In this document: one piece after another, positions 45,225 to 55,620 of the stretch
Position numbering within the stretch: position 1 is the first letter of the stretch
How the letters are laid out: every line of letters begins with the position of its first letter
From: a virus
Length of the DNA stretch: 64,000 bases
IMG/VR virus record: IMGVR_UViG_3300032293_001706
Location: 1 to 64,000 of that record
Strand: one strand, 5' to 3'
Translations under genes and position numbers: made by a program
The notes under the pieces: model-generated
What the model saw: the letters and a program-made list of their open reading frames with translations, nothing else
Told to the model about the DNA's origin: nothing
Databases searched by the model: none

Positions 45225-47198
45225 TTATTCTAAATTACCAAATAAGTTAATTATTGGTTTTGTACCTGTTGATAACGCTGCAACATCTAAAGAACTAATA
45301 CCAACGCTCACTTTGCCGTTTTCTGCAACTTCATCAATGATAGTTTGATAAATACTTCTTTGTACAAGTATTCCTGTATTAGGAGAACCATCAGGCATGT
45401 CACCAGTATCTACACCATTTTTTTCCAATTCTTCGATGTATCTTGTTAATAATGAAGTTGTTGACATGCCTGGTTTAACAGAAGATAAAGTATTCCATAG
45501 AGGGTTATTACCCCCTGTCGTTAACCTTAATAACCTTTGAGACAATGAAAGTAGTCTTTGAAGTTCGTCAATTACGTTTTGACATCTCCTGTAGTCTTCA
45601 ATACCCTGTATAATACTTAAACCAATATTGATGCCATCTAATATTGCTTTTACGTTTTTCTTTTTTTTAATTAAAATCTCATTAAGTTGTTGATTTACTA
45701 AATCATTAACAATTCTCTTATAATTCTTTTTTATTTCTTTCACCAATTCTTCAACAAAAATTGTACTTATTTTTGATACAATATTCATTAAAAATTTCTT
45801 ATATATTCTTACAAACCCATCAATCGAATCTGCCGATAATTCATTAGGTTTTAACGCCTTTTGCATTACAATAAATGGGAAGATATGTTTAGGCGATAAA
45901 ATAGTATTAACAACCGAAAGAATAACTACCTTTAAAAATTCTTTATTAATTGTTACATCTAAACCCGTTTGTATTTTTGCTTTCCACTCAGGATTATTAG
46001 ATAAACTATTAATCATGTTTTCAGCTAAGAAATCAGGGTCATTTGTGATTAAATTTTGGTCATTAAAAGGGTCTAATAAATTAAGAATTAATGAATTATT
46101 TACATTTAATTTAATATTGGCACAATCCGAAAACTCAATAACCCCTTCATTAAAATTTTTTACTTTTTGTTCGATTTCTAAATTGTCAATATCATTAAGT
46201 AATATTAAATTTGTATCCGCTTGGTCTAATTGGTCTAATTTACCAACACCTGAAACATCAATTTCTTGTTTATTGTCAAAACACATACCCAAAAGTCTTT
46301 GGATTAGTATCTCCCATTTAAATTGTTCTCTAGATTGGTTATCCGCAAATTTCTTATTTATTGATATAACGCCTGTTAAAGCATTAAGAACATTAGTATA
46401 AACTTCTTTTATATTAACAACATCGATGGTTAAATAGTAGTCACCTAAAAATTCAACAACCTTATTACCGTTAAAACGAGGTTGTAATTCTACTTTAAAG
46501 AAATCCCCATCAACATTATTGTTATCTTTGGTAACATATGTTATATTAAATAAGTTTTGATTTGTCTTGCCTCTGAAAAGAGTGTTATATTCATCTAAAT
46601 AACTAACACCTTTTTTTTGTATTCTATTGTGTAGTTCTCGATTAAAAGAATATGGTGTTACAAACGGATTAAAATCCAAATTTTCATATAAATATTGTCC
46701 AGGTTTTTCAGTTGGACTATATTGTAACATATTACCGAATATGTCAATTGAGCTGACGGGTATATATAAAATTTCTGATTTAAATTCTTGTTCTTGTGAA
46801 CATCCTAAAGAGGAAATAATCTCATCCTGTAATATATTTTGTATACGACCTCTAGTTGTACGTATAGTACGAATAAATAATTGTTTAATTTCATTTAAAG
46901 TATTACTATCACCATTATTACTTATCGAATTAATTGCTAAATCAATTAAAGAATCTATCTGTGTTTTACCTTGATTTTGAAAGTTTTTTACATTGTTCTT
47001 GGTCCCTGAAAGAAAAGATTCATATTTTGCCTTATATGACGCTTCTTTATTATCTAAATTATCAGAATATACTGAAACACCACTATTTATTCTTTTGCGT
47101 AATTCTGATTGCTGAGCATTTATTTTATTTGCTGTTTTAAAGGCAGAATACTTCTTTTGAATATTTTGATATTGTTCACCTTGTGATTGTTCCGGCAT
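45225..47198 (-). CDS. Large hypothetical protein
   Basis: 657-aa ORF. Confidence 0.75.
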   Translation of the reverse strand: MPEQSQGEQYQNIQKKYSAFKTANKINAQQSELRKRINSGVSVYSDNLDNKEASYKAKYESFLSGTKNNVKNFQNQGKTQIDSLIDLAINSISNNGDSNTLNEIKQLFIRTIRTTRGRIQNILQDEIISSLGCSQEQEFKSEILYIPVSSIDIFGNMLQYSPTEKPGQYLYENLDFNPFVTPYSFNRELHNRIQKKGVSYLDEYNTLFRGKTNQNLFNITYVTKDNNNVDGDFFKVELQPRFNGNKVVEFLGDYYLTIDVVNIKEVYTNVLNALTGVISINKKFADNQSREQFKWEILIQRLLGMCFDNKQEIDVSGVGKLDQLDQADTNLILLNDIDNLEIEQKVKNFNEGVIEFSDCANIKLNVNNSLILNLLDPFNDQNLITNDPDFLAENMINSLSNNPEWKAKIQTGLDVTINKEFLKVVILSVVNTILSPKHIFPFIVMQKALKPNELSADSIDGFVRIYKKFLMNIVSKISTIFVEELVKEIKKNYKRIVNDLVNQQLNEILIKKKKNVKAILDGINIGLSIIQGIEDYRRCQNVIDELQRLLSLSQRLLRLTTGGNNPLWNTLSSVKPGMSTTSLLTRYIEELEKNGVDTGDMPDGSPNTGILVQRSIYQTIIDEVAENGKVSVGISSLDVAALSTGTKPIINLFGNLE

Positions 47199-47207
47199 AG
47201 TAAATTA

Positions 47208-47585
47208 TTACTTATTTAATTTATACTGACCGTCACCACCAGTTTGTTCTATATCTTTTTTAAGTAGGTCTTGTATTAAGTTATCATCAATATCAGAAAA
47301 AGAAAAATCTTCAGCAATTTTATTTTGTGATTTTTCCCAAATGTTGGACTGTAATTTAGATAATGTTAATTTCTTTTCTACAGTATCATTTATAATTTTC
47401 TGTTGTTCTTTAATTATAGGTCCAATTATTGCCATGTCGGAAGAATCCTTCATCATTGACAACATTTTGTTTTGAATTCTTATTGCGGTTGCTCTTTGTT
47501 CAACAAGTTCATTATATATTTCTTGCATTAAAGCTAAAACCGATTCTTTATTTAACGATATTTCTTTTTTCTTAGGTCTTGTCAT
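47208..47585 (-). CDS. Coiled-coil hypothetical protein
   Basis: 125-aa ORF; late motif at 47589-47596. Confidence 0.75.
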   Translation of the reverse strand: MTRPKKKEISLNKESVLALMQEIYNELVEQRATAIRIQNKMLSMMKDSSDMAIIGPIIKEQQKIINDTVEKKLTLSKLQSNIWEKSQNKIAEDFSFSDIDDNLIQDLLKKDIEQTGGDGQYKLNK

Positions 47586-47611
47586 ACCTATAAATATTTG
47601 TTATTCGGTTT

Positions 47612-48367
47612 TTACCTATTATCTATCTTTTTAACAAATTCGAAATAAAGTTTTTTAAATTTTTTCATACTTACTCTTATTTCTTTTGTTGAAAGATTCG
47701 TCATCTCCCTCAAAGAGAGCAAAACTATATTCTTGTTAAATTTTTTATTGTCTGTACCAACAAAAATGTTTTCATAGTTTTCAAATAAATCAATCAATGA
47801 TTGACCTAACCTTTGTTCATTTTCATTCAAATTATGGGTAATGATAAAGGTTTTTAGATTATTTCTATAATCTGTAATTATTTTTTCAGAGTCAACAACC
47901 TCTCTATCAATATAGTAGACCATATCAGGTCTATTTTCTAAATCGCTTGAAATGTCTTCGTATGATATTTTTCTATTTGTATCTTTTTGGTCTTTAATTA
48001 TTTGACCCATTAGATAATTTTTGCAAATTGTACCAAAATAAGAATAAGCCTTTTTATTTTTATCTGGTATAAATCTGTCTGATTTTGTAATTAAGAATGA
48101 ATGTGTGTCATTTAAAATCTCTTCGAAAGTCATGTCTTTACGAAATAACTTATACCTTCTAATAATTGAGGACACCATTTTTTCAATTGGTGCCCTCAAA
48201 AATTCATTGTAGATAAGATTTCTTTCTTCTATTGTATCCGCTTGTAAAAATAATATTACAGCGTTTTCTTCCCGTTCATCAAAATAATTTGATGTTGGTT
48301 TAGGCTTTCTACCTCTTTTGTTTTCGTTGGTATAATTTGTACCAGAATATGATTCTGCTGCTGGCAT
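47612..48367 (-). CDS. Late-transcription sigma factor-like protein (T4 gp55-like)
   Basis: YFDEREENAV...IEKMVSSIIRRY...FIPDKNKKAYSYFGTICKNYL resembles the sigma region 2 core of gp55-like proteins. Confidence 0.65.
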   Translation of the reverse strand: MPAAESYSGTNYTNENKRGRKPKPTSNYFDEREENAVILFLQADTIEERNLIYNEFLRAPIEKMVSSIIRRYKLFRKDMTFEEILNDTHSFLITKSDRFIPDKNKKAYSYFGTICKNYLMGQIIKDQKDTNRKISYEDISSDLENRPDMVYYIDREVVDSEKIITDYRNNLKTFIITHNLNENEQRLGQSLIDLFENYENIFVGTDNKKFNKNIVLLSLREMTNLSTKEIRVSMKKFKKLYFEFVKKIDNR

Positions 48368-49167
48368 TAACCATTGGTTTCTTCATATTTTATATTTCTA
48401 TCACTTGTAAAGAAATATTCTTTTTTTGCCGAATCAATCCAAAACTTCGCCTCATTTTCGGTAATTTTGTTTTGCCCAAACTTGTAATTCCAAAATATTG
48501 AGGATTCTCTAAGATTAACATGTTTGTATCCGATTCTTGGAATAGTCATAATTCTTACAGAATTATATGTCATCCTCAACAAGAATTCATAGACAAATGT
48601 GAGTTTCATTGATTTTTTAAATCCTCCAAAATCTTGAAATTTTGATTTTCTTAAAACCATACCACTAGATTGGAAATTTTGATATTCATTTAATAATTCA
48701 TTGGTTAAAATTCCAATTTCGGGATTAAACGATGCTGCAAAAGTTGCCTCATTTGTATATCCCGCAAATGAACCTTTTTCATCAACATCAACAACCAAGG
48801 GTAAAAAACCATCACATTCAGGGTGTGCGTTGATATAATTCCTAACATTTTTAAACCATATAGATGAATATTCATCGTCAAATTCAAAGATTGAAATCCA
48901 TTCTGAGGATGAGTTTTCAACACCTAAATTAATCTGTGACTGAAAATCAGTGTCACTTGATGTGTTTACAACTTTAATAACATTCAAGTCACCAAAATCA
49001 AATTCGTTTATAAATGTTGTTAATTTTTCATCATCAGTGTGAACTAATACTAATTCATCTACCTTTGATTGTTGTCTTTGTATAGATTCAATACTTTTTG
49101 TAAAGAATTCTGTAAAATCTCTTGAATGAGTTGATGATACAGGTAATATAACTGATATTGTTGACAT
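48367..49167 (-). CDS. Glycosyltransferase, GT-A (GT2-like)
   Basis: ISVILPV, QINLGVE, EFDDEY DxD-like motif. Confidence 0.75.
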   Translation of the reverse strand: MSTISVILPVSSTHSRDFTEFFTKSIESIQRQQSKVDELVLVHTDDEKLTTFINEFDFGDLNVIKVVNTSSDTDFQSQINLGVENSSSEWISIFEFDDEYSSIWFKNVRNYINAHPECDGFLPLVVDVDEKGSFAGYTNEATFAASFNPEIGILTNELLNEYQNFQSSGMVLRKSKFQDFGGFKKSMKLTFVYEFLLRMTYNSVRIMTIPRIGYKHVNLRESSIFWNYKFGQNKITENEAKFWIDSAKKEYFFTSDRNIKYEETNG

Positions 49168-49172
49168 AATTA

Positions 49173-50231
49173 TTAATTTTCTTCGTTAATTTTATTTAAT
49201 TGAGTTTCAAATATTTCCAATCTTTTACTGTTAAAATCACTAAATAAGTTGACAGTTTTATTTTCAAAAGATTCAAAATCTGAATATTTTTCAGCGGTAC
49301 TTAACCCTGATTCATATAGTTTTTCAGCAATGTTGTCTTCAAGCCAATTTTGAATAAATTCGGCCAAAATATCGACAATAGCATTAGTGTTATTTGTCCA
49401 TATTCCATTATCTTCGTTCATCCATTCTGGTTTAATATTTGGTATTTTACCAATGACAGGTGTATTTGTCCTCATAGATTCCAATGGGAATGTACCAAAT
49501 CCTGAAATATCATCAACCCATACAGAAACAAATGAATCTTTTAGTAATTCTGAAAATTCAAGTTGACTAACACCCCTCATATCTCTAAAAGTAATCCATC
49601 TAAATTGAGGATATTTTAGATAAAAAGTTTTAATGATTTTCATTGTGTCCCGTTGGTCTCTAGTATGTACGGACACTATCGGTTTTGCAGGTATTGTTTT
49701 TTTCTGAAATGACTCAGGTATTACAGGTGAAACAACGTCAAAAGAAATATTTTTCATTACTTCTGATATGTATTTCACTTGTTCTTCAGAAGTTGTGATA
49801 CATTTTAAGAAACCATATTGTGACCAGCTTGCACCAGGTGGTAGAGTTTCCATCATATAATCATATGATTGACACAATACAATTTTTCCACAAGCATATT
49901 TTCCTAATTGCTCAATAACGTGACCATACAACTCAGGAACTACCAATATATCTTCAGGTGAAATTTCCAAATTCTGACCTTCAATTGCCTTATGTGGAAT
50001 TTCCATGTATTTATCATCCAACCAAGAACCAACTCCTTTATAGTCGTTTTGTTCGTGAATTACTATTACATTTAAACCTCTTTTAAATAACACATATGAC
50101 ATCTCATAGATATACCTAATAGATGCTTTCGCATTACCTTTTGTATCCTGTACAAGAAAATAAATTCTATTTTTGTTTTCTTTAAGGATGTTAATTGAAT
50201 TTTGTAGTTTTTCTTTAAAATCAGTATTCAT
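49173..50231 (-). CDS. Glycosyltransferase, GT-B-like
   Basis: VVPELY...SGFGTFPLESMRTNTPVIG. Confidence 0.7.
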   Translation of the reverse strand: MNTDFKEKLQNSINILKENKNRIYFLVQDTKGNAKASIRYIYEMSYVLFKRGLNVIVIHEQNDYKGVGSWLDDKYMEIPHKAIEGQNLEISPEDILVVPELYGHVIEQLGKYACGKIVLCQSYDYMMETLPPGASWSQYGFLKCITTSEEQVKYISEVMKNISFDVVSPVIPESFQKKTIPAKPIVSVHTRDQRDTMKIIKTFYLKYPQFRWITFRDMRGVSQLEFSELLKDSFVSVWVDDISGFGTFPLESMRTNTPVIGKIPNIKPEWMNEDNGIWTNNTNAIVDILAEFIQNWLEDNIAEKLYESGLSTAEKYSDFESFENKTVNLFSDFNSKRLEIFETQLNKINEEN

Positions 50232-50232
50232 A

Positions 50233-50502
50233 TTAAAATTTTGTAATTATTTTATTTGCAAATAATGTATTGAACGCAAATTTAAAGGGTAAACTCATGT
50301 CTTTAACAGAATGAGCTCCCAAGGTAGTATCAACGACCTCATTTTCACTCATAATAACATCTATCATTGTTTTTACCAATTCAAATTTAACAATACTCAT
50401 GTTTTGTTCTGAATCTCCACTAACTGTTCCAGGTAGAGAGATTATTTCTTGAACCTTATCAATATCGATAAAGTAATTTTCGTCAAATATTTCAATCATC
50501 AT
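50233..50502 (-). CDS. Small hypothetical protein
   Basis: Start moved to ATG 50502 to remove overlap with the upstream gene. Confidence 0.65.
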   Translation of the reverse strand: MMIEIFDENYFIDIDKVQEIISLPGTVSGDSEQNMSIVKFELVKTMIDVIMSENEVVDTTLGAHSVKDMSLPFKFAFNTLFANKIITKF

Positions 50503-50512
50503 ATTATTATAA

Positions 50513-51109
50513 TCATAACGATTTATATACCGAAGTAAAATCTTCAATACTTTTTATTGTGAAATCAGCATCAATATTTTCATTATAACAAGTTTCAACC
50601 TTTATTGAAGTTTTCTTTTCTGGTTTAGATAATAATAAATCAGGATTTGCGGTAACAATAACATCAAATTTACTCCACATCTTTTTAAATGTTGTTTTAT
50701 TGTAAAACAATATTTCATCTGTTTCCAAACCATATTTTGAAAGGAAAAATAAAGTTGCGGGTTTTTGTTTTGCAACTCCTTTAGAGATAACACTAATCGT
50801 ATCTTTCTTTTTTAGAACATTTTTTTGTATTTCACTAAACACATTAAATGTATTTGCAGATACCGCCGGTGCATGTCCGTTTATACTCATTGGAAAATCT
50901 ATGTACATAAAATTTACATAGTCGCCTTCAGTTGGAAACTTAAAAAAGTCAACAAAATAATGTGATGTAATAGGTTCAATAATTTCATAATTAAACTTTT
51001 CTTCACCTTCTTCATAGACATAATCTTCAATAAAGAATTTTTCATAAACCGCCTTAGTTTTATCCAAGGTGGCTCTTAAAACTTCATCAACATCAAAAGC
51101 GAACTTCAT
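50513..51109 (-). CDS. HAD-superfamily 5'(3')-nucleotidase-like protein
   Basis: FAFDVDEVLR DxD motif. Confidence 0.65.
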   Translation of the reverse strand: MKFAFDVDEVLRATLDKTKAVYEKFFIEDYVYEEGEEKFNYEIIEPITSHYFVDFFKFPTEGDYVNFMYIDFPMSINGHAPAVSANTFNVFSEIQKNVLKKKDTISVISKGVAKQKPATLFFLSKYGLETDEILFYNKTTFKKMWSKFDVIVTANPDLLLSKPEKKTSIKVETCYNENIDADFTIKSIEDFTSVYKSL

Positions 51110-51839
51110 CTTCGTATTTCTTTAATATTTTAGTAATTAATGGATTTCTAACAATATCCTGTTCACCAAATTCAAATACACCGATGTCTTCCATATCTCT
51201 GAATTTGGATATTGCATCCCATAATCCTGAGTGTGTTTTGTCTTTGTATCTATCAGTTTGTTCTAAATCCCCTGATATGAAAAATTTACTATTAAAACCA
51301 ATTCTTGTCAATAGAAGTTTCATTTGTTTAGGGGTACTATTTTGAGCTTCTTCAAATATTAAAATGGTGTTATCAATATTCCATCCTCTAATGTATGCTA
51401 ACGCTTGAACTTCAATTAAATCGTTTTCAATTAATTTCTCACGATTTTCTTTTCCGATTAGTTTATTCAGAAGATAATAAGATGGACTGATATATGGGTC
51501 CAATTTTTCTTCTAACGCTCCCGGTAAAGAACCCAATTTTTCTTCAGCTTCAACTGCCGGTCTTACAATCATAATTTTTTCATATGAATTAGATGGGTCT
51601 TGTAATAAATCAACAGCGGCTTTCATTGCGATATATGACTTACCAACACCCGCAGGACCTGAACAAATGGTTATCTGATTTGATTTTAATATATCGTAAT
51701 ATACTCTTTGGTTTTCGGTAAGGAATTTTTCCTTAGTTTGTTTTTTAATAAACTGTGAAATAATTTCTTTTTTTGATTTATATGTAAGTTGGCCGTCAAT
51801 AGGTAATACAGTCTTTTTTCTCGTTTGCTTTTTTTCCAT
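51093..51839 (-). CDS. phoH: PhoH-like ATPase
   Basis: GPAGVGKSY, RPAVEAEEKLGSLPG, AYIRG, EEAQN, GDLEQTD, DIVRNP; start at ATG 51839. Confidence 0.93.
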   Translation of the reverse strand: MEKKQTRKKTVLPIDGQLTYKSKKEIISQFIKKQTKEKFLTENQRVYYDILKSNQITICSGPAGVGKSYIAMKAAVDLLQDPSNSYEKIMIVRPAVEAEEKLGSLPGALEEKLDPYISPSYYLLNKLIGKENREKLIENDLIEVQALAYIRGWNIDNTILIFEEAQNSTPKQMKLLLTRIGFNSKFFISGDLEQTDRYKDKTHSGLWDAISKFRDMEDIGVFEFGEQDIVRNPLITKILKKYEDEVRF

Positions 51840-51894
51840 ATATTTTTTATAAAAATAATAATTTTTAACTTTAAGTAAAATAATCACTTATTTT

Positions 51895-53451
51895 TTAGTT
51901 TTTAAAAAAATCATACCAATAATTATATGTCTTTAAATCATTAGGTGTCCCCCAACATATGTAATTTTCGACTTCAAAAACTTTAACTTTTAATCCTGTC
52001 TCAACACATCTATTTATAACATCGTCAACATAAAATTCATTATTAGTCTTTTTATTATCGGACTTATTTAGTAATAATCCATCTAAAAAATATTTACTTT
52101 TTCTAAAAAACATGGTTCCAACAATTGCATGTGTTTTTAATGGATTATCGTATATAAATTTTTTACACGATACTGATTTTATAAAATTATCAGAATCAAC
52201 TTCTAACCAAGCATAATCATTTGGGTTTTGTTTACTTGATTGATTATTTCTGAATGACCAAACAATAACATCTATATTTATATCGTCTAATAATGTTTGT
52301 AATTTTTTAGAATCGTAATAAATTCCATTGTCACTTGCGGATATTAAAATAGGTAAATCCGGATTTAAATTATTTTCATTAATACCTATTTCACAAGTAA
52401 TTGCTTGACCTTCGGTTACCCCTGATATTGTTGTTATTTTAACATTATCAAAATAGTTTGGTATTATTTTATCAATTTTATACTTATCAAAATGTTCTTT
52501 TTGACATATAAAAATTTTATTATTTGTTTTTGGTAAACATTTTACAGCTTCAACCACCATAAAAGAATCATTTACTGATAATAGTGGTTTAGGCGTTTCA
52601 TAACCATTTATAAAAAATCTACTACCTAAACCCGCCATCGGTAAAATTAGTGTGGTATTTATTGGACAAATTGATGGTTCAAAAATCTGTTTTACTTTTT
52701 TAAAATAGTTTGACCATCCCTTGTAAATTTCTAAATCATATGGTGTTCCCCATTGTAGCATCTTTTCAATTTCAAAAACGCCAACATTAAGACCGTCTCG
52801 TATCATTAAATTATAAACTAAACTAACATAATATTCACCATTTATATTTATGTTAGAATCAATTAATTCTTGGAAATACTTTTTTACGAGTTTACCTGAC
52901 TTAAAATAATATGTACCATTTGATGCGAATTCATTCATTCTATTATTAGTAAATGGTTGCTTTTCTCTAATTTCTGTAACTAAATTATTTTCCACATTAC
53001 AAAATGCATAATTATCAGAACCTAACATATGAGGGTGAAATCCAATATAACAAGGTATTAAACCATCATAAATTTTTGTTTCACTTATAAATTTTTTAAA
53101 ATCCCAAACAGTTCCATAATCACAATAACTTAGAATTATTTCTTTATTTTCATCAATTTCATCAAATATTTTAGACACACTAAAAACGGGACCTTTTTTT
53201 AAATTATCAGGTATTTCTATAATTTTTGAAGTCGGACATATTCTCTTTAAAATTTGAGACATGTCTGTTGTCTCTAAATGAGTTTTATTACAAATAAAAA
53301 TTACATCTGTAATTCCTGGGAATAAGTTTAAAACATGTTCAATAATTGGTTTACCATCGACCTCAATCAGAGGTTTCGGTTCACTATATCCACCATCTAA
53401 GAATCTTTTACCAATACCTGACATAGGTATTATTAATTGTATGTTTTTCAT
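51895..53451 (-). CDS. Tandem double sugar-phosphate nucleotidyltransferase
   Basis: IIPMSGIGKRF...PKPLI...WGTPYDL and ILPMAGLGSRF...PKPLL...WGTPNDL. Confidence 0.85.
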   Translation of the reverse strand: MKNIQLIIPMSGIGKRFLDGGYSEPKPLIEVDGKPIIEHVLNLFPGITDVIFICNKTHLETTDMSQILKRICPTSKIIEIPDNLKKGPVFSVSKIFDEIDENKEIILSYCDYGTVWDFKKFISETKIYDGLIPCYIGFHPHMLGSDNYAFCNVENNLVTEIREKQPFTNNRMNEFASNGTYYFKSGKLVKKYFQELIDSNININGEYYVSLVYNLMIRDGLNVGVFEIEKMLQWGTPYDLEIYKGWSNYFKKVKQIFEPSICPINTTLILPMAGLGSRFFINGYETPKPLLSVNDSFMVVEAVKCLPKTNNKIFICQKEHFDKYKIDKIIPNYFDNVKITTISGVTEGQAITCEIGINENNLNPDLPILISASDNGIYYDSKKLQTLLDDINIDVIVWSFRNNQSSKQNPNDYAWLEVDSDNFIKSVSCKKFIYDNPLKTHAIVGTMFFRKSKYFLDGLLLNKSDNKKTNNEFYVDDVINRCVETGLKVKVFEVENYICWGTPNDLKTYNYWYDFFKN

Positions 53452-53912
53452 TAATCTTTATTTTTTTCTATTTCAAATATAAAATCTGTACAGACACCAT
53501 AAACATTATTTAATAAATCGGTGTTTATATCGGATAAATTAATCATTGGTATGATATCGTTTTTTGTTAGATTTGATTTTAAGTTATGAACCCATAAATG
53601 ATGAGTACTTGTCAATGTAAAATCGTCACCATTATGACAAAAAAATTTGAAATTACTGTTTATTTTATTCAGATTATTAGCAGATTCTTTGTTTTTACAA
53701 TGAAACCAAATATATTCCGCTCGTTTTAACATCCAACTAAGTTCAATTTTATATTGTGGAAAATCATGACCTAGCCAAAATTCACCATTAATAAATCTAA
53801 TATCGGCTTCAACTTCATACCCTAATTGAATTGCACAATCAATGTAACTAGGTCTATTTTCTTTTTCAGGTATTGGTCCGTTTACATTACCTCTATGGGA
53901 TATTATTTTCAT
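53451..53912 (-). CDS. GDPD/PI-PLC-like phosphodiesterase fold protein
   Basis: IISHRGN...EADIR...LGHD...WFHCKN...GVCTDF. Confidence 0.75.
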   Translation of the reverse strand: MKIISHRGNVNGPIPEKENRPSYIDCAIQLGYEVEADIRFINGEFWLGHDFPQYKIELSWMLKRAEYIWFHCKNKESANNLNKINSNFKFFCHNGDDFTLTSTHHLWVHNLKSNLTKNDIIPMINLSDINTDLLNNVYGVCTDFIFEIEKNKD

Positions 53913-54208
53913 ATTTCCTCGATTCTAATTGTTTTATCATCAATAAATAAGTCATAATAGGGTTTATCAACCCTCAATTCATGAAATTTAACACCCCATT
54001 CATTTAATTGTTTATAGGTTAAATCATACCAATCAATTTGTTTTCTACTACCTCTTGCGGTCCAATAAACTATTGTATGTCCTTCATCATATAATTGATT
54101 TATTTTTTCTATATTCTTATATATCGGTGAGGCGTTTTCATATTTTCGGTCTTTAGATGTTTCACAAATAGTTTCATCTATATCAACGTAGATTACCTTT
54201 AAATTCAT
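53909..54208 (-). CDS. Small HAD phosphatase (capsule-biosynthesis type)
   Basis: YVDIDETIC, YWTARG, KPYYDLFIDDK. Confidence 0.85.
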   Translation of the reverse strand: MNLKVIYVDIDETICETSKDRKYENASPIYKNIEKINQLYDEGHTIVYWTARGSRKQIDWYDLTYKQLNEWGVKFHELRVDKPYYDLFIDDKTIRIEEI

Positions 54209-54924
54209 ATTATTTTTATGTTTTCATTTATATCACCAAATAAGTTATTGAACTCTACATAATACCTATCAATTTCTTCTCGATGATTTTTTTGATTAAT
54301 ACCCATATAATTTAAATAATCTGTTTCATAATTAATACCACCATCTATTGTACAATTTTTGAGATGTCCTATATTATTATTTGTAAATCTTGATATTGTG
54401 TGTATTTTAAATTTTAAATTTGGATATTTTTCTTTTATAATATCTTGTAACTCATATGGTATTGAATTATAACGTACTAGAATAAAGTCAATAAAATTAT
54501 CACCATTTAGATAATTTCTGAAACTATTAATTCTTGTATTATATCTTTGTATGAAATTATTAAAATTATTTTCAACAAAATGAAAAGGATTGGACCACCG
54601 TTCATTTAAATATAAATTACCGTGATATGGGGATTCATGGTTAAATACAAAATTATAATACGTATTATAAATCCATACTTCATCATCTTTTTGATTGGGA
54701 ATATGTATCCCCATTTTAGGAGCTGAACGTAATTCCAAATAATTAGGATTACAAAAATATTCAAAATCATCTTTAATACATTCACAAAGACCAATGTAAT
54801 TCGATATCATCATGTCAAATGGACAAGTATTATACCCATCAGATTTATTTTTTCTTAAACCCAATAATAATCCTTCCTGAGCCGCAGAACAATTCCAACC
54901 TAAACTTATTCCAACTTTATTCAT
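54205..54924 (-). CDS. DUF1796-like (papain-like fold) protein
   Basis: ISLGWNC...TCPFD...FNHE...RYNTRINSFR. Confidence 0.6.
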   Translation of the reverse strand: MNKVGISLGWNCSAAQEGLLLGLRKNKSDGYNTCPFDMMISNYIGLCECIKDDFEYFCNPNYLELRSAPKMGIHIPNQKDDEVWIYNTYYNFVFNHESPYHGNLYLNERWSNPFHFVENNFNNFIQRYNTRINSFRNYLNGDNFIDFILVRYNSIPYELQDIIKEKYPNLKFKIHTISRFTNNNIGHLKNCTIDGGINYETDYLNYMGINQKNHREEIDRYYVEFNNLFGDINENIKII

Positions 54925-55592
54925 ATTAATGATTTCCTATATTTTTCTTTTTCATCGTTTAATAGACTTTTTATGTCTTTATCAGTGAGAAAATTTATTC
55001 CTGATGTGCTTAAATATATTTCTGCTGATTTTTCACAAATGTCTGATACTATTGAGCATTCTTCAATTGTTGAACCACAGGCAATAATACCATGATTTTG
55101 TAATAAAATTAATTTTGGAAAAGTATTATTTTCATTAATGAATTGATTTACTTGTTTTTGAATTAATTGAGTTAATTCGTCACCGGGTTTTGCATAAGGT
55201 ACAACACATGACTTTTCTCCATTAAAAATTACTTGGTCTGGAAATATACGTTTATTTGCAAATTCCAAAAAATTACTACTTGAAAGGATTGAAAGTGTTT
55301 TAGTTGGATGAGTATGTGAAATAAAATTTATGTTTCTGTGTTTTAATAAAAAAATATGAAAACCTAACTCCATACTACCTCTTTTTTCTAAATTATCTAT
55401 TTGATTTCCGTTGAAGTCGAATTTTACTAAATCATTTGAAGTTAAATTATAGAGACATTTGCCACTCGCTTTAATATAAAAGGTTTCTCCGTCTTTCCCT
55501 GAAATATTACCCTCCATACCAACACAATATTTACTTACCCGTTTAGATAGTTTAAGTAGTTTTATAATTATATTATCTTTAACTGTTTTCAT
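54921..55592 (-). CDS. Class II aldolase/epimerase family protein
   Basis: EGNIS, IKASG, SMELGFH, HTHP, LQNHG; start at ATG 55592. Confidence 0.85.
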   Translation of the reverse strand: MKTVKDNIIIKLLKLSKRVSKYCVGMEGNISGKDGETFYIKASGKCLYNLTSNDLVKFDFNGNQIDNLEKRGSMELGFHIFLLKHRNINFISHTHPTKTLSILSSSNFLEFANKRIFPDQVIFNGEKSCVVPYAKPGDELTQLIQKQVNQFINENNTFPKLILLQNHGIIACGSTIEECSIVSDICEKSAEIYLSTSGINFLTDKDIKSLLNDEKEKYRKSLI

Positions 55593-55620
55593 TTTTATAT
55601 GAAAAAATAAGAAAAAAAAA

